Source of the DNA: an uncultured Bifidobacteriaceae bacterium
GTDB taxonomy: Bacteria > Actinomycetota > Thermoleophilia > Miltoncostaeales > Miltoncostaeaceae
NCBI GenBank assembly: GCA_964393105.1
Contig: CAYMSM010000036.1
Span: 29,589-93,588, forward strand
Direction of reading: 5' to 3'
DNA: 64,000 bases
Position numbers and translations under genes: made by a program. The notes under the pieces are model-generated. The model had not been told where the DNA came from. It was given only the letters and a program-made list of their open reading frames with translations, and ran no database searches. This document shows positions 29,444-36,903 of this stretch, in pieces (position 1 is the first letter of the stretch; every line of letters begins with the position of its first letter).

Positions 29444-30813
29444 AGCGCCGGCAGGTCACGCTGCGCCGTCCACCGGCCGGCCGGTCCGGGCAGGCGGCGG
29501 ATCCATCCGCTGCGACCGACCAGGCGAAAACCGGTCCGTGTCAACCCGACCCCAATCCGATATGCCCACGGGCGGCGCCACGCCGCGGCCCACAGCCTGG
29601 CGCCGATGCGGGCACGCCGGTGGGCGGGGGTACTGACCGCTCCACGGATGCGCACCAGCAGGTCATGCAGCGGGATGCCGACGGGGCAGGCGTCGTGGCA
29701 TGCGCCGCACAGCGACGAGAGGAACGGCAGCTCGCTGCCCCGAGGCGAGCTCGTGCCCTCCAAGAGCGGCGTGATGACCGCGCCGATGGGCCCCGAGTAC
29801 GGCGAGCCGTACGCCTGGCCGCCGACGGTCCGCCACATCGGGCATGCGTACAGGCACGCGCCGCAGCGGATGCACGACAGCGCCTCCTCGAACTCCGTCC
29901 CGCGCAGCGCGGTTCGGCCTCCGTCGAGGATGACCAGGTGCAGCTCCTGCGGCCCGTCGGTCTCGCCCTCGCGACGCGGCCCGGTGATCAGGTTGACGTA
30001 GGTGCTCGCGTCGTCGCCGATCGCGGCCATCGGCAGCACCTGCAGGATGTGCGCGGCCTCGTCCCAGTCGGCGACGACCCGCTCGGCGCCCATCACCGCG
30101 ACGTGGATGCGGGGCAGGGCCGTCACCAGGCGTGCGTTGCCCTCGTTCTCCATGACGCACAGGGTGCCGGTGTCGGCGACGCCCAGGTTGACGCCGCTGA
30201 CCCCGATCTCTGCAGCGGCGAAGTCTTGACGCAGCCGACGGCGCGCGTAGGCCACGAGCGCCTCCCGCTCGTCGGGAATGTCCTCGCCGCTCTCAGCGCG
30301 AAAGAGCTCGGCGATCTCCGTGCGGTTCAGGTGCACCGCCGGAGCGATGATGTGGGAGGGCCGCTGGCCGAGCAGTTGCAGGATCCACTCGCCCAGGTCG
30401 GTCTCGACGACCCGCACGCCGGCTTCCTCGAGCGCCTCGTTGAGCTTGATCTCCTCGGTGGCCATGGACTTCGACTTGGCGACGAGCTTGGCGCCGCGCG
30501 CACGGGCCAGGTCGACGACGTACCGGGCTGCGGCGTCCCGATCGGCCGCGCGATACACCAGCCCGCCGTTTGCACGCACGCGTTCCTCGAGCCGGTCGAG
30601 CAGCTCGGGCAGTTCCCGGATGTTGCCACGGCGGATCTCGCGCGCCCGCTCGCGCATCTGGTCGAAGCCGAACTCGTCGCGCATCTTCTCGCGTCCCGCA
30701 GTCCAGCTCGCGGCTGTGGCCTGCAGGTTGGCGCGAAGCTTGTCATCTGCAACCGCCGCGGCCGTGCGCTCGCGCAGCGGTGGCCCCTCGTCGTAGCTGA
30801 CGCCGGTCGTCAA
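29425..30813 (-). CDS. lutB: lactate utilization iron-sulfur protein B
   Basis: TTG 30813 overlaps the lutA stop (TTGA). Two ferredoxin-type clusters CIRCGACLYACP and CGACHDACP. LUD-like core. Confidence 0.85.
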   Translation of the reverse strand: MTTGVSYDEGPPLRERTAAAVADDKLRANLQATAASWTAGREKMRDEFGFDQMRERAREIRRGNIRELPELLDRLEERVRANGGLVYRAADRDAAARYVVDLARARGAKLVAKSKSMATEEIKLNEALEEAGVRVVETDLGEWILQLLGQRPSHIIAPAVHLNRTEIAELFRAESGEDIPDEREALVAYARRRLRQDFAAAEIGVSGVNLGVADTGTLCVMENEGNARLVTALPRIHVAVMGAERVVADWDEAAHILQVLPMAAIGDDASTYVNLITGPRREGETDGPQELHLVILDGGRTALRGTEFEEALSCIRCGACLYACPMWRTVGGQAYGSPYSGPIGAVITPLLEGTSSPRGSELPFLSSLCGACHDACPVGIPLHDLLVRIRGAVSTPAHRRARIGARLWAAAWRRPWAYRIGVGLTRTGFRLVGRSGWIRRLPGPAGRWTAQRDLPALWPPPR

Positions 30814-31520
30814 CGGTCCAGCAGCTCGGCGATGTGCCGGGCTCGGAGCGGGACGCCGACGCGCCTGCCCCGGCCGACGATGTGGATCAGGCACGACAGG
30901 TCGCACGCGACGAGCTCCTCGGCGCCCGTGTCTGCGGCGCTCCGGGCCTTCTGCTCGCCAAGCGCTCCGGACACCTCGGGGAACGTGACGGAGAACGCAC
31001 CGCCGAACCCGCAGCAGACGTCGGTGTCCGCCATCTCGACCAGCTCGACACCCGCGCCACCGATCACTGCCCGGGGGCTCGTGTCCTCGCGAAGCAGCCG
31101 CAGCATGTGGCACGAGTCGTGGTAGGTGACCGTGGCCGGAGCGTCGGGCGCCCTGGCCGGGGCGAGATCGTTCTGGTGCATGAACTGCGTCAACTCGAAC
31201 GTCCGGGCCGCCAGATCCTTTGCGACGTCCTCTTCGGGTTGGCCGGCGAACAGGTCGGCGTAGCCATGGGTCACCATCGCCGCGCACGAGCCCGACGGCA
31301 CCACGACCGGATCGGCACCCGCGAATGCCCGCAGCGTCTGGCGGGCGACCTGGCGAGCCTGGTCGGGGTGCCCGGCACTCCACCCGGGCTGGCCGCAACA
31401 TGTCTGAGCCTTGGGGACAGTGACGTTCACGCCGAGCCGCTCGAGCACGCGCGCCGAGGCCTTGGCGACGCCCGGCGCGACGTGGTCGGCCAGGCAGGTT
31501 CGCATGAGCATCGCGCGCAC
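30810..31520 (-). CDS. lutA: lactate utilization protein A (CCG-domain Fe-S oxidoreductase)
   Basis: Two CCG motifs (TCCGQPG, VCCGFGG). About 236 aa. Alternative ATG starts at 31511 and 31505. Confidence 0.85.
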   Translation of the reverse strand: MRAMLMRTCLADHVAPGVAKASARVLERLGVNVTVPKAQTCCGQPGWSAGHPDQARQVARQTLRAFAGADPVVVPSGSCAAMVTHGYADLFAGQPEEDVAKDLAARTFELTQFMHQNDLAPARAPDAPATVTYHDSCHMLRLLREDTSPRAVIGGAGVELVEMADTDVCCGFGGAFSVTFPEVSGALGEQKARSAADTGAEELVACDLSCLIHIVGRGRRVGVPLRARHIAELLDR

Positions 31521-31530
31521 CCGACCAGCT

Positions 31531-33201
31531 TAGCCCGGATCGGGCGATAAGGATGGCGAGTTACGTTGAGCCGGTACGTGGGTCCCGCCATGACGGGTTT
31601 GGGTGTTGGTGGGCTCGCTCAGCGTGTGGTGGCGGCTGTTGGGGTGAGTCGTTACGCCGGCCACTGCGTGTGACGGCTGTTTCCGGGCAGCCGGAGGCGG
31701 CCTGGGCGACAACGTCTCGTCTTCATCGACCCCTGGGGCTGCTACGCGGCTGGGGTGGGCAGCGCCCTCAGTCGGGCGAAGGCGGCGACGAGCGCCTCGG
31801 CCCAGCAGTCGGCCGGCAGGTGCAGCCGCATCCTGCGGCCTGAGCGTGTGAGCTTGGCGGCGATGTGCAGCAGTCGGTAGCGAAGCCGTTTCGGCTCGGC
31901 GCGGGCGAGGTCGCCGGTGAGGGTGAGCGTCTGGGTCCAGCTGGTGAGGTCTTGGGCGATGAGGACCAGCTCGAGCCAGAGCGCGTTGTGGGCGCGGGCG
32001 TGGAAGGGGAGGTTCCTGAGGCCGGTGTCTTTCGCGGCGCGGATGCGGTCCTCGACGCGGGCGTGGGCGCGGTGGCAAGCCTCGAGGCAGACGACGTCCT
32101 CGCCGTCTTGGTTGGTGATGAAGGTTTGGAAGCGGTGGCCATCGGCGTCGCTGAAGGAAAGTTGCGCCCCTGGGTGGGGCCGCTCGCGGCGGCAGATCGC
32201 GCGTGTGCCGGGCGGCCAGCCGCGGAGGTCGGGGAAGATCTCGGCGACCCACGCACCTTCGCGCTCGCCGCCGTCTTGTGTCACCGCCGCTGTCCACGCC
32301 CCCTCGGGCAGGGCGAGCACCGCCCGCCGGACCGGTGCGGTCAGGTCGAAGCCGACGGAGAAGCCCATCCCCATGGCACTCACCGCGTCGAGGAACGCGT
32401 GGGTGGCCCCACCCGAGTCGGCGCGCACCAAGATGTCGTGGGCGGCGGGGTCCTCACCCACCCCGGGAAGCTGGTCGACGGCGTCGATGAGCACCGCGAT
32501 GTGATCGGCGGCGGTGTTCGCACCGGCGTTGCCGGGGCGAAGAACTCCCGAGAGCGCCTCGTCCGAGCCGTCCAGGTAGCACAGCAGCGGGTGGAAACCG
32601 AAGCCACGCTTATAGGTCGGCTCCGCGCCCTGTTTGTCGGAGTGGGAGCTCACCAGCGTCGCGTCGATGTCGAGGATGAGTCGCTTCGGCCTGGCTCCCG
32701 CCGCCCACGCCAACGCGCGCGCCCGGCCGCGGGCGGCGCGGATCGCGCGAAGGTGAGCCTCGTCGGCCGCCGTGATCGTCCGCCAGGCGGTGCGCCCCGA
32801 GGCGACCGGACCGAACAACGCGGCCTGATCGCGCAGCGCCCCGAGGTCGCTGAGGCAGTCCCCACCATCGGCGAGCATCACCGCCAAATCACGAAGCACC
32901 ACACCCGGATCATGGACCGAGCGACGCTCCCGAGTATCTGCCATCGCCTCACCCAACGCCCGAGTGAGACCGAGCCGATCAGACAACTCGACCAACAACG
33001 CGCTACCGGCATGCGACACAACACCCGTAGCGTCCGCGACGACTTGTACCTTGCTCTTGCGTGAACGACGCGTCACCTTCAAGGTGAACCTCCTGGGCGG
33101 GTAGAACGGTGGCTTCAGCACCCCCATTCTCCCCGCCCAGTCAGACGTCACGCACCCACCAACGCCCCCGCACGACTCCGCCTATCGCCCTATCCGGGCT
33201 A
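31531..33201 (-). mobile_element. IS element, IS1380-family-like, about 1.67 kb
   Basis: Terminal inverted repeats TAGCCCGGATCGGGCGATAAGG (31531-31552) and, reverse-complemented, TAGCCCGGATAGGGCGATAGG (33181-33201). Flanking TTAG/CTAG. One transposase ORF. Confidence 0.75.
31742..33151 (-). CDS. DDE transposase (IS1380-family-like)
   Basis: 469 aa. LILDIDATLVSSHSDKQGAEPTYKRGFGFHPLL and VRADSGGATHAFL motifs. The family name is from memory of similar actinobacterial transposases. Confidence 0.8.
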   Translation of the reverse strand: MTSDWAGRMGVLKPPFYPPRRFTLKVTRRSRKSKVQVVADATGVVSHAGSALLVELSDRLGLTRALGEAMADTRERRSVHDPGVVLRDLAVMLADGGDCLSDLGALRDQAALFGPVASGRTAWRTITAADEAHLRAIRAARGRARALAWAAGARPKRLILDIDATLVSSHSDKQGAEPTYKRGFGFHPLLCYLDGSDEALSGVLRPGNAGANTAADHIAVLIDAVDQLPGVGEDPAAHDILVRADSGGATHAFLDAVSAMGMGFSVGFDLTAPVRRAVLALPEGAWTAAVTQDGGEREGAWVAEIFPDLRGWPPGTRAICRRERPHPGAQLSFSDADGHRFQTFITNQDGEDVVCLEACHRAHARVEDRIRAAKDTGLRNLPFHARAHNALWLELVLIAQDLTSWTQTLTLTGDLARAEPKRLRYRLLHIAAKLTRSGRRMRLHLPADCWAEALVAAFARLRALPTPAA

Positions 33202-33445
33202 GTGGTCCCCGTCGCAAGTACGGCAACGTTTCCCGCGCGAAAACCGAGCCAGGGGAGGAGATCCAAACGCCGCCCTCACCACGGCTCTTGGGCGGCCTAT
33301 GACCCACCCTTCCGGGTGGGTCAAACGCTGATGGCGGCTGGTAAGTGTCCCGCCGCTATCGGTCCCCATAACGGTGGGACCGAGGACAATGCCTGGCGAC
33401 GGTTTGCAGCCGGGAAACGCGGTCGTACTTGCGAGGGGGACCACT
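33201..33445. repeat. 245-nt long-stem element (MITE-like or structured RNA)
   Basis: 33201-33235 pairs with 33411-33445 (31 Watson-Crick plus 1 G.U of 35). Central perfect hairpin at 33300-33323. No credible ORF. Confidence 0.6.
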
Positions 33446-33548
33446 TGGTGTCCCCGTCGGAGTTTCGTTGACGGTATGGCGAGCGAAACTCCCGCCGGAT
33501 GGAGGGCGGCGGGAACCTCGGTGCTCGGTGCTACCATGGTCCCCGTAC

Positions 33549-33907
33549 GGGCCCGAAACAGTTTCGACGAGGTGGGACGGGAACGATCAGCGAGCCGCGG
33601 ACCCGGTGGACCGCGTTAACAACCGGGACCAATGTAGCTGCGGACAACCGCCAGCTCGCTTACGCCGCCTAAACACCGGACGTAAGCCATCGGGCCCCCT
33701 GTGAGTCGCGAGGGGGATCCCCGGTGTCGATAGCGACTCTGGCCCCGAAGCAGCGGCTTCCGGCGGAGGGGCGAGATCTCAGGGAAGCCTGGCGGGGGGA
33801 TGGTTGGCCGACGGTGACGCCCTCCGCGAGAAAGTCATCGACGGCTGCGCTCGGAGAAGTCGTTTCACAAGCACTTTCGGACGCCGGGGCAGTACCGGCC
33901 GGGTCCA
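33549..33907 (+). ncRNA. ssrA: tmRNA (transfer-messenger RNA)
   Basis: Acceptor stem GGGCCCG/CGGGUCC with G3.U plus discriminator A. GUUUCGAC D-analogue. PK1 (33596-33627). Tag ORF GCU GCG GAC AAC CGC CAG CUC GCU UAC GCC GCC UAA. Stop codon lies in the loop of helix GCUUACG/CGUAAGC. PK2/PK3 stems. GGAC plus a 5-bp T-stem. Confidence 0.88.
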
Positions 33908-34072
33908 CTCACCGGGCGGGTTCTGGAGACAACCAGGACTCGCCGGCCAAGAGTGTGGGACCGCGACACGCCGTCAGGCTGATCCCGGCTGCCGCGTGCG
34001 CCCACCTCGGGCGGGGCTCTCCGATGGCCCAGGCCTGTGCGACGACCAGCGCAAGCGCGGCGGGGACGAAGA

Positions 34073-34312
34073 TCAGTCCAGGTCGGGTGGCGGATCGAAG
34101 TCGCCCGGGCGGGGGCGCAGGCGGAGGGCGACGAGGGTCAGCAGAATGCCTGCGACCAGGAACACGATGCCGCCGCCGACGAGGATGATGCGTTCCTGAC
34201 GTTGCGCGGCGGTGATGACCGGTTCGTCCGGGAAGCTGCCGAACACGATCATCATCACGCCCGCGGGCACGGTGACCAGCGCCATCAGGCCAGTCACCAT
34301 GAAGCCGATCAT
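34073..34312 (-). CDS. small hypothetical membrane protein (2 TM)
   Basis: MIGFMVTGLMALVTVPAGVMMIVFG ... GGGIVFLVAGILLTLVAL. Start chosen at the internal ATG. Confidence 0.5.
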   Translation of the reverse strand: MIGFMVTGLMALVTVPAGVMMIVFGSFPDEPVITAAQRQERIILVGGGIVFLVAGILLTLVALRLRPRPGDFDPPPDLD

Positions 34313-34452
34313 CCGTCGCACCGCACGAGCGTAGCCTGGAACCGGTGTTCGACCGACGCGCCCGTGCAGACTGGTGACGTGCACGCCTCCAGTGCGGACA
34401 CGACAGAGGCCCGTCAAAGGCCTGCGTGGGTCGAGAACCGCGACGCAGCGGG

Positions 34453-34626
34453 GTGAGCGCGCCCGGGGCGATAGTCGTCGGCGGCGGGATCTACGGGTGG
34501 GGCTGTGCGTTGTGTGCCGGCTTCTCAGGGCACGGGTTCAAGTGCGCGTCCGTGCTTGCTCCCGCCATTGCCGAGCTCGCGATGGGTCGCGAACCGTCTT
34601 CAGGTCTGCGGCCATTTCGCCGATGA
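34453..34626 (+). pseudogene. remnant of a DAO-type FAD-dependent oxidoreductase (large internal deletion)
   Basis: N-terminal dinucleotide-binding motif IVVGGGIYGWG is fused directly to the C-terminal motif GFSGHGFKCASVLAPAIAELAMG...LRPFR. Only about 57 codons remain. Confidence 0.5.
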
Positions 34627-34804
34627 CCGGGAGGCGAGACACCTCGAGGCACCTCGCACTACCCGGCCCCGGCGAGTGCTGCTATCCTCGCCGACACTGA
34701 ACGTGACCTGCGCGCATACCTACCCATCACCGCCTTCCGACGCCCCTTCGTGCGCGCCCACTCTGCATCCCGGAGTTCGGGTCTGATCGCGCGCGAGGTT
34801 CTTC

Positions 34805-35464
34805 GTGCCTCCTAGGCGCGGTCCTGATACCCGGCCGCCGCCGGGTCCCTCGACCCGAATCAACGAGGCGATCCGCGGTGAGAGCGTCCGTCTGATCGGT
34901 TCCGACGGCACGAACGTCGGCGTCGTGTCGCTGCGCGTCGCCCTCGAGATGTCCGCTGAGCAGGACCTCGACCTGGTTGAGATCGCCCCTGACGCGCAGC
35001 CGCCCGTCTGCCGGATCATGGACTATGGCAAGTGGCGCTACGATCAGGAGCAGAAGGCCAAGCAGGCGCGCAAGCACCAGAGCACGATCACCATCAAGGA
35101 GATCAAGTTCCGGCCCAAGATCGACCCGCACGACTACGCGACCAAGAAGGGTCACGTGGAGCGGTTTCTCAAGCAACGCGACAAGGTCAAGGTCACGATC
35201 ATGTTCCGTGGACGCGAGGTCATGCACGCCGAACGGGGCGAGCGGATCTTGGACCAGCTGGCCGAGGAGTTGAAAGAACTTGCGATCGTCGAGAGCAAAC
35301 CCAACCTCGACGGGCGAAACATGATTATGATGCTTGCTCCGATCAAGCAGGCGGCCACGAAGGGTGATGGGGCGACCCCCCACGCACACGTCGCGCCGGC
35401 AGACGCACCACAGGCCGTGGTGACCGAAGCCGCCGTCGAGGCCGACGCACCGAAGAGCGAATAA
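34805..35464 (+). CDS. infC: translation initiation factor IF-3
   Basis: RINEAIRGESVRLIGSDG, DLDLVEI, PPVCRIMDYGK and IKFRPKIDPHDY motifs. The start codon is uncertain (GTG 34805). Confidence 0.9.
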   Translation: MPPRRGPDTRPPPGPSTRINEAIRGESVRLIGSDGTNVGVVSLRVALEMSAEQDLDLVEIAPDAQPPVCRIMDYGKWRYDQEQKAKQARKHQSTITIKEIKFRPKIDPHDYATKKGHVERFLKQRDKVKVTIMFRGREVMHAERGERILDQLAEELKELAIVESKPNLDGRNMIMMLAPIKQAATKGDGATPHAHVAPADAPQAVVTEAAVEADAPKSE

Positions 35465-35466
35465 CC

Positions 35467-35664
35467 ATGCCGAAGATGAAGACCAACCGCTCGGCGTCCA
35501 AGCGGTTCAAAGTGACGCCGAAGGGCAAAGTGCTGTACGTCCACTCGGGCAAGCGACACAACCTCGAGAACATGTCTCCCAAGCGCAAGCGCCACGCCTC
35601 CGGGACGGATCAGCTCTCCGAGGTCAACACCAAGCACGTGCTTCGCCTGTTGGGGAGGCGCTAG
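35467..35664 (+). CDS. rpmI: 50S ribosomal protein L35
   Basis: MPKMKTNRSASKRFKVT. Confidence 0.95.
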   Translation: MPKMKTNRSASKRFKVTPKGKVLYVHSGKRHNLENMSPKRKRHASGTDQLSEVNTKHVLRLLGRR

Positions 35665-35667
35665 CTC

Positions 35668-36039
35668 ATGGGCCGGGTCAAACGGTCGGTCGGCGCACGC
35701 AAGAAGCGTCGCAAGGTTCTCGCGCAGGCGAAGGGCTACTTCGGCACGAAGAAGAGCTCATATCGTCGGGCGAAAGAACAGGTGCAGCGGTCGCTGCGGT
35801 ACGCCTACCGCGACCGGCGCGTGCGCAAGCGCGACTTCCGTCGGCTGTGGATCGCCCGCGTCAACGCCGCGGCGCGCGAGAACGGCTTGACGTACTCGGA
35901 CTTCATGCACGGCATCTCGCTCGCCGGGATCCAGCTCAACCGCAAGATGCTGGCCGACCTCGCGACGCACGAGCCCGAGGCCTTCGCCCAGCTCTGCGCC
36001 CGCGCACGTGACGCGCGTCAAACCGCTCAGGCGGCTTAG
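35668..36039 (+). CDS. rplT: 50S ribosomal protein L20
   Basis: [18 protein letters not shown]...[23 protein letters not shown]. Confidence 0.95.
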   Translation: MGRVKRSVGARKKRRKVLAQAKGYFGTKKSSYRRAKEQVQRSLRYAYRDRRVRKRDFRRLWIARVNAAARENGLTYSDFMHGISLAGIQLNRKMLADLATHEPEAFAQLCARARDARQTAQAA

Positions 36040-36835
36040 CTCCTCCCGCAATCCGGCGCTCCTGTTGGTGCGGTCGCTGGAGGCGAAGCGCACCCGCCGC
36101 GAGCGACGGATGGTCGTGCTGGAGGGCGAGGATCTGATCGACGCGGCCCTTGCGGCCGGCGTCGCTCCGATCCTGCTGCTCGTCGACGAGGACCGCGTGG
36201 ACGAGGACGATGCGCGGTTGGTGGCCACCGCCCACGTCGACGAACGCTATGTGGTTCCCGCCGACCTCCTGGCCGGGGTCAGCACCCTCGGCTCGGCGCC
36301 ACGCATGATCGGCGTGTTCGCCCAACCCGACGTGCCCGCGTTCCGGGACGTCCCGATGCCGCCAAGCCTCGCGTTATGGCTCGCCGGGGTCGGCGATCCG
36401 GGCAACGTGGGCACGCTCGTGCGCACGGCCGCTGCCATGGGATGCGATTGGGTCGGGCTGGGCCCGGGATCGGCCGACCCGTTCAACCCCAAGGCCGTCC
36501 GGGCCGCGATGGGCGCAACGTTCGGCGTGCCGCTCCTCGAGGGCGTCCGCGCCGAGGATCTGGCGACGCGGCCGGGCGTGCGTATGATCGCCGCCGTCGT
36601 CTCGGGCGGGGTCCCGCCGTGGGAGGCGGATCTGGTGGCGCCGTCGGTGATCGCCCTGGGCGCCGAGCGGGCGGGGCTTGACGTCTCGATGGGGCCATTC
36701 GGTGACGAGCACGAGGTCATCCGCGTCACGATCCCGCAGGAATCGGCGGCCGAGTCCCTGAACGTGGCGGCGGCGGGCGCCATCCTGCTGGCCGAGGCTC
36801 GCCGGCAACGCGCGATCGCCGAACCCGCCATCTGA
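36008..36835 (+). CDS. TrmH/SpoU family RNA 2'-O-methyltransferase
   Basis: [25 protein letters not shown] and [18 protein letters not shown] motifs. Same position as mycobacterial tsnR after rplT. Confidence 0.85.
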   Translation: MTRVKPLRRLSSSRNPALLLVRSLEAKRTRRERRMVVLEGEDLIDAALAAGVAPILLLVDEDRVDEDDARLVATAHVDERYVVPADLLAGVSTLGSAPRMIGVFAQPDVPAFRDVPMPPSLALWLAGVGDPGNVGTLVRTAAAMGCDWVGLGPGSADPFNPKAVRAAMGATFGVPLLEGVRAEDLATRPGVRMIAAVVSGGVPPWEADLVAPSVIALGAERAGLDVSMGPFGDEHEVIRVTIPQESAAESLNVAAAGAILLAEARRQRAIAEPAI

Positions 36836-36903
36836 GTTCCAGGGCGGCCAGACCGGTCGGTGAACTATCGTCGCCCCGTCCGTGAACGCTGGAGGCGACG
36901 AAC

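Noticed and set aside
33201-33548. RNase P RNA, TPP riboswitch or group I intron upstream of ssrA
   Set aside because: There is no GGAAAGUCCGG P4 motif and no ACAGAACCCGGCUUA-type 3' strand. The TPP-like stretch (GGACAAUGCCUGGCG) lacks the GGGGUGC/CUGAGA half. There are no exon contexts for an intron.
33520-33548. Permuted (two-piece) tmRNA, suggested by ACCA at 33532-33535 just upstream of the 5' acceptor strand
   Set aside because: The preceding bases (CGGUGCU) are not complementary to GGGCCCG. A complete one-piece acceptor/T-arm exists at 33879-33907.
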